Shown here one piece after another: positions 6,388-15,127 of a stretch of 40,171 bases of DNA. The stretch's first letter is position 1. Every line of letters starts with the position of its first letter. A model generated the notes under the pieces. The model was given only the letters and a program-made list of their open reading frames with translations. It was not told where the DNA came from and made no database searches. Both the position numbers and the translations under genes were made by a program. Source of the stretch: Anaerolineae bacterium (GTDB lineage Bacteria; Chloroflexota; Anaerolineae; JBHIDP01); the NCBI GenBank assembly GCA_046760185.1, contig JBHIDP010000001.1:1-40171 (forward strand). Reading direction: 5' to 3'.

Positions 6388-8403
6388 ATGGAGCCGTTTC
6401 GCGATACTTTTTGGAACATCCCTCATTGGGCTGAATACTCTAACTACGGAGTAGCCGCTCTCGCTATCCTGGTCCTCATCTATGGTTTCTACCGGCGGGT
6501 GAGGCTCTGGCGTATTGGCCAGAAGGAGGATCGCCTGGATCAGATTCCGGTGAGGGTCGGGCGACTTCTGAGTTATGCCGTAGCTCAGGTTCGCGTGGCC
6601 GCGGAGCGCTATCCTGGTTTTATGCACCTCTTCATCTTCTGGGGTTTTGTGGTGCTGTTCGTAGGGACGGCGCTGGCCACCATTGACTATGATTTCACGC
6701 TCCCTTTTCTGGGGTTCAAGCTCCTGAAAGGGGATTTCTATTTGCTGTATGAGCTGAGCCTGGACATCTTCGGGGTGCTGTTCCTTGTGGGGTTGCTCCT
6801 GGCTGTCTACCGCCGATACGTGGTCAGGCCCCAACGACTGAACGGTGATTGGGATTTTATCTTCACTCTTAGCCTTCTGCTGTTGATCAATGTGACCGGC
6901 TTCGTGGTGGAGGGGCTGAGGTTGGCAGCCGTGCAGCCGACCTGGGGCCTATGGTCGCCGGCGGGGTATGCTTTGGCTCAAATGTTTCTTGGTCTGGGCG
7001 CAGGCGAGAGCCTGATTCATACCCTACACTTCTCCTTTTGGCTGTTTCACTTTGTCATCGTGGTCCTCTTGATCGCCTCGGTGCCTTACACCAATCTATT
7101 TCATGTCCTCACCACACCGCTGAATGTCTTCTTCGCCTCCCTGCGGCCAGCCGGGGCACTGCAGCCCATCGAGAACATCGAGGAGGCGGAGATTTTGGGA
7201 GCGGGTAAAATCCAGGAGTTTACCTGGAAACAACTCCTGGATTTGGATGCCTGTACGGAGTGTGGCCGTTGCCAGGATGTCTGTCCTGCCTGGCAGACAG
7301 GCATGCCCCTCTCCCCTAAAAGGTTGATCCTCGACCTGCGGGACCACCTCTCGGATCGCGCCTCAGTCCTGCTGAGCAAGGGAGGAAGCAGCCCAGAAGA
7401 GGGGTCGGCTTTGGTAGGAGAGGTTATCGCCGATGATACTCTGTGGGCCTGCACCACCTGTCGGGCCTGCATGGAGGAGTGCCCCGTCCTCGTTGAGCAT
7501 GTGGACACCATCGTTGATATGCGTCGTTGGCTGTCCCTCTCCGAGGGCAGACTCCCTTCCACTGTGGCTACCAGCCTGAGAAACCTCATGAGCACAGGCA
7601 ACCCCTGGGGTCAGCCACCGACAGCCAGGGCTGAGTGGGCAGCCGGTTTGGAGGTGCCCCGCATGGCGGAGGCGAGAGAGGCGGATGTGCTCTACTGGGT
7701 TGGCTGCGCTGGTTCCTATGATGCCCGCAATCAGAAGGTGGCCCGGGCCTTTGCTCACCTACTCCAGACGGCCGGGGTGAACTTTGCCATTCTGGGCGAG
7801 GAAGAGAGCTGTAATGGCGAACCGGCGCGGCGCTTGGGCGAGGAGTATCTCTTCCAGACCCTGGCGGAGCAGAACATAGAGATTCTAAAGCAGTACCGGT
7901 TCGAGAAGATAATCACCGCCTGTCCTCACTGCTTCAACACCCTGGCCAACGAGTACCCCCAATTCGGCGGTCAGTTCGAAGTAGTGCACCACAGCCAATT
8001 CATTCTCGATCTCATCCGGGAAGGAAAACTGTCCCCTGCCAGGAAGGCGGACTGCTCAGTTGCCTATCACGATTCATGTTATCTTGGCCGCTACAACGAT
8101 ATCTTCGATGCCCCACGAGAGGTCATAGTCAGCATCCCCGGCGCGCAGATGAGGGAGATGGCCCGCGCGCGAGAGAGGGGTCTCTGCTGCGGCGGTGGAG
8201 GCGGCGGGATGTGGGTGGAGGTAGAAGGGGATACACGCATCAACGAGTTGCGTCTGGATGAGGCTATGAGTGTCAAGCCGGATGTGCTTGGCACGGCCTG
8301 TCCGTTCTGCATGTTCATGTTCGATCTGGCCGCCAAGGTGAAGGGGCTGGAGGAAAGCGTTCAACTGAAGGACATCGCTGAGTTGGTCAGTGAGGCTCTC
8401 TGA
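6388..8403 (+). CDS. Membrane-anchored Fe-S oxidoreductase: NarI/DsrM-like haem-b membrane domain fused to an HdrD/DsrK-like domain (EtfD / Rv0338c-like architecture)
   Basis: The N-terminal ~270 aa are hydrophobic with conserved His residues. Two 4Fe-4S motifs (CTECGRCQDVCP, CTTCRACMEECP) are followed by CCG-type Cys motifs (CPHCFNTL, CYLGRY, CCGGGGG, CPFCMF). ATG 6388 has a CAGGAGG Shine-Dalgarno; the track's TTG 6343 is an alternative start. Confidence 0.8.
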   Translation: MEPFRDTFWNIPHWAEYSNYGVAALAILVLIYGFYRRVRLWRIGQKEDRLDQIPVRVGRLLSYAVAQVRVAAERYPGFMHLFIFWGFVVLFVGTALATIDYDFTLPFLGFKLLKGDFYLLYELSLDIFGVLFLVGLLLAVYRRYVVRPQRLNGDWDFIFTLSLLLLINVTGFVVEGLRLAAVQPTWGLWSPAGYALAQMFLGLGAGESLIHTLHFSFWLFHFVIVVLLIASVPYTNLFHVLTTPLNVFFASLRPAGALQPIENIEEAEILGAGKIQEFTWKQLLDLDACTECGRCQDVCPAWQTGMPLSPKRLILDLRDHLSDRASVLLSKGGSSPEEGSALVGEVIADDTLWACTTCRACMEECPVLVEHVDTIVDMRRWLSLSEGRLPSTVATSLRNLMSTGNPWGQPPTARAEWAAGLEVPRMAEAREADVLYWVGCAGSYDARNQKVARAFAHLLQTAGVNFAILGEEESCNGEPARRLGEEYLFQTLAEQNIEILKQYRFEKIITACPHCFNTLANEYPQFGGQFEVVHHSQFILDLIREGKLSPARKADCSVAYHDSCYLGRYNDIFDAPREVIVSIPGAQMREMARARERGLCCGGGGGGMWVEVEGDTRINELRLDEAMSVKPDVLGTACPFCMFMFDLAAKVKGLEESVQLKDIAELVSEAL

Positions 8404-8421
8404 TAGGGATTAGGGATTGCG

Positions 8422-8937
8422 ATGAGTGTTCGTCCCATTATCAAATCGGATAGCCCTACCTTGCGCATGAGGTCGAAAGAGGTTAAAGAGATCACACCGG
8501 CCCTACAGCGACTTTTAGATGATATGCTGGAGACCATGCGTGCTGAGCCGGGGGTCGGGTTGGCGGCCCCACAATTAGGGGTGTTGCAGCGGGCTATCGT
8601 GGTCGAATTGCCCCGGGAGGAAGAAGAGCCTTTGAGTGGCTGTCCCATCTTCCTGATCAACCCGGCTATCGTTGAGGCCAACGGTGAGGAGGAGAGAGCG
8701 GAGGGATGCTTATCGGTGCCCGGCTACATGGGGGATGTGGTGCGGGCCACCCAGGTAACGGTTGAGGGCTTGAACCGACGCGGTCGGCCGGTGCGTTTCA
8801 AGGCCCAGGGGTTCCTGGCCAGGGTGCTGCAGCACGAGATTGATCACCTGGACGGCATGCTCTTCCTGGACCGCCTCACCAGCCTGGCCAAGCTACGTAA
8901 GCTACCACCAGAAGATGGGGGCTGGGAATATGCGTAA
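8422..8937 (+). CDS. def: Peptide deformylase
   Basis: 171 aa. The three Def motifs are present: GVGLAAPQ, EGCLSVPG and QHEIDHLDG. Confidence 0.93.
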   Translation: MSVRPIIKSDSPTLRMRSKEVKEITPALQRLLDDMLETMRAEPGVGLAAPQLGVLQRAIVVELPREEEEPLSGCPIFLINPAIVEANGEEERAEGCLSVPGYMGDVVRATQVTVEGLNRRGRPVRFKAQGFLARVLQHEIDHLDGMLFLDRLTSLAKLRKLPPEDGGWEYA

Positions 8938-8968
8938 ATGAACCGATGGCCTTGAGGAAGCAGGCAAG

Positions 8969-9901
8969 ATGATTCTTGTAACCGGTGGAACAGGCTTCGT
9001 GGGGAGCCACCTGGTGCCCCGTCTCATAGAGGGAGGTAAGCCGGTGCGCTGTCTGGTGCGTTCTCTGCCCAGGGCTGAGAGGTTGCGAAACCTTGGGGCC
9101 GAACTGGTGGAAGGGGATGTCACCAATCTGGAGTCGCTGCCCGAGGGGATGACCGGTGTTGATACTGTCATTCACCTGGTGGCCATCGCCATCGAGAAGG
9201 GGGGCGCCACTTATGAGGCGGTCAATTACCAGGGCACTTTGAACGTGTTAGAAGCAGCCCGGGCGGCCAGGGTAGGCCGCTTCATTTACATGTCCCAACT
9301 GGGAGCAGACAGCCGCTTGCCCTATCGTTTTCTGAGCACCAAGGGGAAAGGTCAGGATGCCGTCCAGGAGAGCAACCTGGCCTACACTATCTTCCGGCCC
9401 TCCGTTATCTTTGGGCCGGAGGATCAGTTTGCCAACATCCTGGCCCAGCTTATCCTGCTGTCCCCTTTGATATTCCCCATCGTGGGGGATGGCCAGGCGC
9501 GATTCCAGCCTATCTGGGTGGAAGATGTGGTCACCTGCCTGGTTCAAACTCTGGGGGACGAGAGCACGGTCGGTGAAACCTATGAGCTGGGTGGGCCGGA
9601 GGTGCTGACCTACGAGCAGATGGTAGACAGGGTCATGGAGACCATTGACGCCAGACGGCTGAAGCTGCATGTGCCTGTGCCACTGCTTCGACCATTGGTG
9701 ATGGTGATGGAACTGGCTTTGCCCAGTCCACCGGTGACCACCAGCCTGTTGCAGCTTCTGAATGTTGACAACACCATCGAAGCCAACGCTGTGGAGGATA
9801 AATTCGGCCTTCAGCCGCTCCCATTTGAGCCAGGCAGCCTCCAGTACATGCGAGGATTCACGCTAGGGGGAGCATTGCGCCGCTTGCTCAGCGGGGCGTA
9901 A
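8969..9901 (+). CDS. NAD(P)H-binding atypical SDR (NmrA / complex-I NDUFA9-like family)
   Basis: 310 aa. N-terminal Rossmann motif VTGGTGFVGSHLV. GAGGAAG Shine-Dalgarno. Confidence 0.75.
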   Translation: MILVTGGTGFVGSHLVPRLIEGGKPVRCLVRSLPRAERLRNLGAELVEGDVTNLESLPEGMTGVDTVIHLVAIAIEKGGATYEAVNYQGTLNVLEAARAARVGRFIYMSQLGADSRLPYRFLSTKGKGQDAVQESNLAYTIFRPSVIFGPEDQFANILAQLILLSPLIFPIVGDGQARFQPIWVEDVVTCLVQTLGDESTVGETYELGGPEVLTYEQMVDRVMETIDARRLKLHVPVPLLRPLVMVMELALPSPPVTTSLLQLLNVDNTIEANAVEDKFGLQPLPFEPGSLQYMRGFTLGGALRRLLSGA

Positions 9902-9911
9902 AAGTGTTTGT

Positions 9912-9940
9912 TTGATTCAAGGTCAGGGTCTGGGTATAAT
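9912..9940 (+). promoter_or_regulatory. Sigma-70-type promoter giving a near-leaderless radical-SAM transcript
   Basis: TTGATT (9912-9917), 17-bp spacer, TATAAT (9935-9940). ATG 9950 lies only 9 nt after the -10, with no Shine-Dalgarno. Confidence 0.55.
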
Positions 9941-9949
9941 ACTTCTGCT

Positions 9950-11056
9950 ATGTCAAGATTTCGTCTGCTGTTCGAGAGGGATTTGGTCTTACAGGAATCC
10001 CAGTGCTCGATCTGTCACAAGTCCTCCCCTCTTATTGCCTCTAACCTAGAAGCCTGTGTTGATTGCATCCGTGGTAAACCAGGGGAGGCTTTGCCCCGCA
10101 TCAAGGAGGTTCAAGAGAGCACACGGCGGGAGTTTGACCTTCCCCTGGAGCCACCGCAGGCCGCCGCCGGGGTTCGCTGTCCTCTTTGCGTCAATGAATG
10201 TCTTATCCCTCAGGGAAGGCGAGGGTTCTGCGGTCTGCGCACCAATCGCCAGGGAAAGCTGGTACACCTGGCCGGCACTGCCCAGTCGGGCCTTCTGCAC
10301 TGGTATTACGATCCCCTCCCTACCAATTGTGTGGCCGCCTGGGTCTGTCCTGGCAGTGACAAATATGGCTACAACAACCTGGCCGTCTTCTACGGGGCCT
10401 GTAGCTTCAACTGCCTCTTCTGTCAGAACTGGCACTACAGACAGATGGGTCCTGCCGAAGGGGGGATGACTGCCCAGGCTCTGGCCGACAAGGCTGACGC
10501 CCGCACCTTCTGCGTCTGCTATTTCGGCGGTGATCCTACCCCCCAGATGCCCCATGCCTTGGCCACCTCCCAGATCCTGGCTCGGCGGGGAGTGCTGGTC
10601 TGTTGGGAGACCAACGGCAGTATGTCGCCTAAGCTCTTGGAGAAGGCTATCAGGCTCTCCTTGCGCAGTGGCGGCTGTATCAAATTCGACCTCAAGGCCT
10701 TTGACCAGAACCTGCACATGGCGCTCACCAGTGTGACCAACAATCGCACTCTGGAGAACTTTGCCCGTGCCGCCAGTTTCATTCCCCAGCGCCCCGCTCC
10801 TCCCCTGGTGGTGGCCAGCACCTTACTGGTGCCCGGCTACATTGATGCCGAGGAGGTCTACAACATCGCTTCCTTCATCGCCTCCCACGACCCTGATATC
10901 CCCTACTCCCTCTTAGGCTTCCATCCCCATTTCTACATCCACGATCTGCCCCGCACCTCCGTTCGTCACGCTGAGGAGGCAGTGAAGGCGGCTAAAGAAG
11001 CGGGCCTTCGCCGGGTGCACGTGGGTAACAGGCACCTCCTGTCCAGAGATTACTGA
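9950..11056 (+). CDS. Radical SAM enzyme, AmmeMemoRadiSam / PflA-activase-like, with an extra N-terminal Cys4 ribbon
   Basis: CSFNCLFCQNW is a CxxxCxxC radical SAM motif. Upstream, CPLCVNECLIPQGRRGFCGLRTN resembles the AmrS-type N-terminal motif. There is an additional CSIC...CVDC pair. No SPASM-like C-terminal Cys cluster. Confidence 0.75.
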   Translation: MSRFRLLFERDLVLQESQCSICHKSSPLIASNLEACVDCIRGKPGEALPRIKEVQESTRREFDLPLEPPQAAAGVRCPLCVNECLIPQGRRGFCGLRTNRQGKLVHLAGTAQSGLLHWYYDPLPTNCVAAWVCPGSDKYGYNNLAVFYGACSFNCLFCQNWHYRQMGPAEGGMTAQALADKADARTFCVCYFGGDPTPQMPHALATSQILARRGVLVCWETNGSMSPKLLEKAIRLSLRSGGCIKFDLKAFDQNLHMALTSVTNNRTLENFARAASFIPQRPAPPLVVASTLLVPGYIDAEEVYNIASFIASHDPDIPYSLLGFHPHFYIHDLPRTSVRHAEEAVKAAKEAGLRRVHVGNRHLLSRDY

Positions 11057-11081
11057 CCTCGTCTGGCCTCTGAAATTATGG

Positions 11082-11110
11082 TTGACCTTCCCCTCCTTTG
11101 ATGTTATACT
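11082..11110 (+). promoter_or_regulatory. Sigma-70-type promoter upstream of the small-ORF pair
   Basis: TTGACC (11082-11087), 17-bp spacer, extended -10 TGtTATACT (11102-11110). Confidence 0.5.
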
Positions 11111-11322
11111 TGCATCAGCGCCAATGTGTTTGCGCCAAAGAGATACAACCCCGGCTGGCACAGGCGAGTAAAGCCAGGAGCGAATGGGACTTCCAGGCAG
11201 CGGCGCAAATCGTACAAGATGCCATAGAGATTTGTCAAAGGCTCGATGCGTCGGTGCCCTCTATTGCCTGTTTGAAGGAGCTTGTCACTCGCTACGTCGA
11301 AGCCTTGCAGATTGACTCTTAA
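11098..11322 (+). CDS. Hypothetical small protein, possibly the 5' half of a frameshifted gene
   Basis: 74-aa ORF with a helical-looking sequence (..WDFQAAAQIVQDAIEICQRLDASVPSIACLKELVTRYVEALQ). Its annotated start overlaps the predicted promoter, so the true start is unclear. Confidence 0.3.
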   Translation: MMLYLHQRQCVCAKEIQPRLAQASKARSEWDFQAAAQIVQDAIEICQRLDASVPSIACLKELVTRYVEALQIDS

Positions 11323-11473
11323 CCTGCGCTCTGGCGATGCAATAGCGCTCCGCCGGTTTGTTGAGGTGATGGAGAAGCTTGCTGAGAACCCTAACGCCCA
11401 AATTATCCTCACTCCAGATGACGTAACGAGGATTTTGAAAATGCTACAGAAAGCGCAGGAAAGGTCAGAGTGA
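11282..11473 (+). CDS. Hypothetical small protein, possibly the 3' half of a frameshifted gene
   Basis: 63-aa ORF overlapping the previous one in a different frame. The plausible protein part is LNLRSGDAIALRRFVEVMEKLAENPNAQIILTPDDVTRILKMLQKAQERSE. A strong terminator follows. Confidence 0.35.
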   Translation: MSLATSKPCRLTLNLRSGDAIALRRFVEVMEKLAENPNAQIILTPDDVTRILKMLQKAQERSE

Positions 11474-11500
11474 ACTGCTGAGGGTTGAGGGTGTTGCGAA

Positions 11501-11536
11501 CCCCCTCTGGCTTAGTGACAGACAGAGGGGGTTTTT
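11501..11536 (+). terminator. Rho-independent terminator
   Basis: 9-bp GC-rich stem ccccctctg (11501-11509) with cagaggggg (11523-11531), followed by ttttt. Confidence 0.8.
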
Positions 11537-11574
11537 CGTGAAACAAAGTTACTACTGTGAGGAGGAGATAAACT

Positions 11575-13125
11575 ATGAAAGGGAACTGGTTCCTACTCTT
11601 GGTGGTGTTTGTGAGTGGCATGACCACGCTGGCCGTGGAGCTATCGGCCTCGCGGCTGCTGGGCCCCTTCTTCGGCACCTCCCTCATCATCTGGAGCGTC
11701 CTCATCGGCCTGGTACTCATCTACCTGACTGTGGGGTACTATATCGGTGGCCGCTGGGCCGACCGTCACCCCCATGAAGCCACCCTCTACCAGATCACCG
11801 CCTGGGCCGCCTTCGCCATTGGCTTGATCCCTTTTATCTCCCGTCCCATCCTACGCTACTCCCTGGAGGGGTTCGCCACCTTCTCGGCTGGAATCCTCAT
11901 CGGTTCGCTCCTGGGTGTCATCATCCTGTTTTCCGCACCCCTTATCCTGCTGGGCTGTGTCTCCCCCTTCGCCATCCGCCTGGCCATGCGCGATGTGAAG
12001 GCGGCGGGCAACATCGCTGGCAGCATCTACGCCCTCTCCACCCTGGGGAGCATCATCGGCACCTTCGCCCCGGTGTTGGTCCTCATCCCCCGCTTCGGTA
12101 CCAAACGTACCTTCATCCTCATAGCGGTGACTTTGCTGCTCTTCTCTCTGATCGGGTTATGGCGGACCCATCGCCGGCGTTTCCCCCTGTATGCGTTGCT
12201 CCTGCTGGCGGTCATTGGCCTGGCGGCCGCCTTCCCCAGTGGGGGGATCAAACCAGGTCCGGAGGTGATCTATGAAGGGGAATCGGCCTACAACTACATC
12301 CGCGTGCTCCAGGAAGGGGACTACCGCTTTCTGGAACTGAACGAGGGGCAGGCCTTTCACTCTGTATACAACCCCCATCAGTTGCTGACCCATAGCGTCT
12401 GGGACTACTTCTTGGTGGTGCCCTACTTCAATCCTGATTACAGCCCCGATGATGTGGATAGCCTGGCCCTCATCGGCCTGGCTGCCGGTACGGTGGTCCG
12501 CCAATACACAGCCATTTACGGTCCTATACCGATTGACGGGGTGGAGATTGACCCACAGATCGTAGATGTGGGGCGGCGCTATTTTGATATGAATGAGCCC
12601 AACTTGAGGGCCTTTGTTCAGGATGGACGCTACTGGCTGGCCACCACGGATAAGAAATACGATATCATCGCCGTGGATGCCTACCGACCACCATATATCC
12701 CCTTTCACCTAACAACCAGAGAGTTCTTCACCGAGGTAAAGGAGCACCTCACTGAAGAGGGGGTGGCGGCCATAAATGCTGGCCGCACGGCCACGGACTA
12801 CAGCCTGGTCCAGGTCCTGGCCAGCACCATGAAGGGGGTCTTCCCCAGTGTCTATCTAATTGATCTTCCGACCGATGGGGGTGATTTGAGCAACACTCTG
12901 GTGGTAGGGACCGTTCAGCCAACGAAGTTAGAGAACTTTAGGGCCAATATGGCCCACATGACTGACCCCTACCTGTTGGAGGTAGCTCATAAGGCGGTGG
13001 GGAATCTAAGCGAGGTTAAGGAATCTACTGTCGTCTTCACCGACGACCAGGCTCCGATTGAAGAGGTGGTCCATCGTATGATTTTGACCTACGTTACCGG
13101 GCGGGAAGGAAAGGGGCGAGACTAG
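11575..13125 (+). CDS. Membrane-anchored spermidine-synthase-like protein (polytopic N-terminal domain fused to a class I SAM-fold aminopropyltransferase-like domain)
   Basis: 516 aa. About seven hydrophobic helices, then LIGLAAGTVVRQY...IDGVEIDPQIVDVGRRYF and YDIIAVDAY, which are typical of the SpeE fold. GAGGAGGA Shine-Dalgarno. Confidence 0.75.
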   Translation: MKGNWFLLLVVFVSGMTTLAVELSASRLLGPFFGTSLIIWSVLIGLVLIYLTVGYYIGGRWADRHPHEATLYQITAWAAFAIGLIPFISRPILRYSLEGFATFSAGILIGSLLGVIILFSAPLILLGCVSPFAIRLAMRDVKAAGNIAGSIYALSTLGSIIGTFAPVLVLIPRFGTKRTFILIAVTLLLFSLIGLWRTHRRRFPLYALLLLAVIGLAAAFPSGGIKPGPEVIYEGESAYNYIRVLQEGDYRFLELNEGQAFHSVYNPHQLLTHSVWDYFLVVPYFNPDYSPDDVDSLALIGLAAGTVVRQYTAIYGPIPIDGVEIDPQIVDVGRRYFDMNEPNLRAFVQDGRYWLATTDKKYDIIAVDAYRPPYIPFHLTTREFFTEVKEHLTEEGVAAINAGRTATDYSLVQVLASTMKGVFPSVYLIDLPTDGGDLSNTLVVGTVQPTKLENFRANMAHMTDPYLLEVAHKAVGNLSEVKESTVVFTDDQAPIEEVVHRMILTYVTGREGKGRD

Positions 13126-13961
13126 TAGCTGTCGTCCTCTCCCTCCAGAAAACAGATAATGCCGTTGGCTATCCCTTGGGCGGCCAGATCAGGCTGATCC
13201 AGGAGGATATGACGGTCCTCCAACATGAACCCCATCTCAATGATGGCTCCCGGTGTGCTCATGGCGATCTTGCGCAGGGCGTGATACTGTTGCATGTCGG
13301 GGGTGATGCTGAACTCGTGGCGTTCCAAACCGGTGGCGTCCTCGTATTCGTCCCAGAGGCAGGCTACCAGACGATCCTCTTTTTCGGGGACGGCGCTGTG
13401 GGTCACCCGCGCCACCTTGAAACCGCTGGCCCCGGGCATGCAGGAGTCGGAGTGAAGGGCCACGAAAGCATCAGCCAGATAACCATGGATGTCAGGATCG
13501 AACTCACCCAGTAGATCCACCCGATAGCCTGCCGCGCGGAGCAAAGCTACCACCCGCTGGGCGATGCTCAGGTTGATGTCAACCTCCAACAAGCCATCGT
13601 CGCAGATAGCTCCGGGATCGTGGATAGCCTGGGGGTCAGACTCGTAGTGCCCGGCCACAATGCCCACGTGTTTGGAAAGGGGTTCTTCACTGGAATCGCT
13701 TTGGGCCATTGGCTCTCCTGATGATCCAACCTCCTGCTCCTGAGGCACTTGGGACATGACCACAGTGCGCAGGCCCAAAAAGATCATAGCCAACGCTACG
13801 AGGGCTATAAACACGAGAAGGCCCCTAGAAATTCTCTCCAGCACCTCCCTCCGTAGAGAAGTCCCGGCGTCAGGCTTGGGGGAGGCAGGTTTCTTACCCC
13901 TACGGCCCCTGTAACGCTCCACAGTTGATAAACTGGACGAGCGATTGCGGCCTTTCCTCAT
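13122..13961 (-). CDS. N-acetylmuramoyl-L-alanine amidase (Amidase_3-like) with an N-terminal membrane anchor
   Basis: From ATG 13961 the N-terminus is MRKGRNRSS..., followed by a TM helix GLLVFIALVALAMIFLGL. The catalytic region is VGIVAGHYESD...EVDINLSIAQRVVALLRAAGYRVDLL...ALHSDS. The start overlaps the GNAT stop as TGATG. Confidence 0.7.
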   Translation of the reverse strand: MRKGRNRSSSLSTVERYRGRRGKKPASPKPDAGTSLRREVLERISRGLLVFIALVALAMIFLGLRTVVMSQVPQEQEVGSSGEPMAQSDSSEEPLSKHVGIVAGHYESDPQAIHDPGAICDDGLLEVDINLSIAQRVVALLRAAGYRVDLLGEFDPDIHGYLADAFVALHSDSCMPGASGFKVARVTHSAVPEKEDRLVACLWDEYEDATGLERHEFSITPDMQQYHALRKIAMSTPGAIIEMGFMLEDRHILLDQPDLAAQGIANGIICFLEGEDDSY

Positions 13962-14977
13962 CACAGCTCCAAGGCTAAAAGATCCAAACTCTTCATTTCG
14001 ATGAAACCGCGTTTTTGTAGCGCCTCTGTCGCTTCGGGATGGTGGGCATAGACCTTGGCCCAGACCTCGTGTTCTGGATAACGTTTCAGTATGGATAGGG
14101 CTTCGTTGACCAGATTCTCCTCCAGATGCCCTCTCCAATCTGGATGGACCATCATCTCCAGGCGATGAGGTGGCCGACGGTATGCTCCCCGAATGGTAAG
14201 GGTAGCGGCGAAACCTTCATTGGCGGGTACAACCAGACGAAGAGTATGATGGCCTGTGACGATATCGTCCAACCAGGCGAAGAACACTCTGTCCAGGCTC
14301 CTCCGGAAGGTATCCTCCCGTACCGGTTTCACACGCTGGGCAGGAACGGGGATACTATCGAGCGCCAGTTGGTAGACCTTCGGCCATTCTTGACGACGCA
14401 TCTGGCGTAGACCGAGCTTCTGGGCTTGAGACGGATCCACTCTCTCTATACGTCTAAGGCAGAGGTCCGTTTCACGGCTGACCTTACTGAAACCCAGGCC
14501 ACGGTAGAGATTCTGGGCTGCCACATTGGAGCTACGGACCTGGAGGGTGATCAGTTTTCCGCCCCGTCTGGCAACAAAGGCTATTGTCTCCTGGATCAAA
14601 GCCCGGGCGATACCGCGTCGCCGGTAGTCGGGATGGGCAGCCACGTTGGAAATGATCCACCGGCCTGGGTCTATCTGTGAACGATTGACCGTGACGTTGC
14701 CCACAATGCGACTCCCCTCAACCCAGACGAAACCTGAGAGAAAGTGATGAAGCTGAGGGTCAAAGAGGCTGAGGAGCCAGAGGAAAGGGGAAAGATATTT
14801 GAGGGTCCTGAGTTCCCGGAGCATAGCCTGCCCCCCGGCGCTCATCTCCTCAGCGAAGGATATCTCGATTAGATCAGCGATGCCGGGCAGGTCACGACCT
14901 ATATCTGTTGGTCGCAGCCCACTGAATTCCTTTCTCCGTCGGCTGAGGCCGCTTACCATCAAATACCTTTCTATCAC
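13961..14977 (-). CDS. GNAT-family N-acetyltransferase
   Basis: 338 aa. Acetyl-CoA motif RRRGIARALIQETIAFVARRGGKLITLQVRSSNVAAQNLYRGLGF. Confidence 0.8.
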   Translation of the reverse strand: MIERYLMVSGLSRRRKEFSGLRPTDIGRDLPGIADLIEISFAEEMSAGGQAMLRELRTLKYLSPFLWLLSLFDPQLHHFLSGFVWVEGSRIVGNVTVNRSQIDPGRWIISNVAAHPDYRRRGIARALIQETIAFVARRGGKLITLQVRSSNVAAQNLYRGLGFSKVSRETDLCLRRIERVDPSQAQKLGLRQMRRQEWPKVYQLALDSIPVPAQRVKPVREDTFRRSLDRVFFAWLDDIVTGHHTLRLVVPANEGFAATLTIRGAYRRPPHRLEMMVHPDWRGHLEENLVNEALSILKRYPEHEVWAKVYAHHPEATEALQKRGFIEMKSLDLLALEL

Positions 14978-14999
14978 AGACCCTGGTCCGATTGGACTA

Positions 15000-15028
15000 T
15001 TGCCTCCAGCCTTATTATGTAGTATAAT
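15000..15028 (+). promoter_or_regulatory. Candidate promoter for the secreted repeat protein
   Basis: TTGCCT (15000-15005), 17-bp spacer, TATAAT (15023-15028). Confidence 0.45.
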
Positions 15029-15127
15029 AAAGTATGGGTAGGGGTGTGATCATTCGGAGTCAAACCCGCGCCTTTCTGCATCTGCTAGGTTCTGGCTCTG
15101 GCCAGTGCGAAGGGAGGCTACTTGGAA

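Noticed and set aside
11184-11315. A 43-aa Cys-rich alternative-frame peptide (MGLPGSGANRTRCHRDLSKARCVGALYCLFEGACHSLRRSLAD) as a RiPP precursor for the adjacent radical SAM enzyme
   Set aside because: The radical SAM protein lacks SPASM/twitch or RRE features typical of RiPP maturases. The Shine-Dalgarno spacing is only about 3 nt. The other two frames look more protein-like. There is no support beyond proximity.
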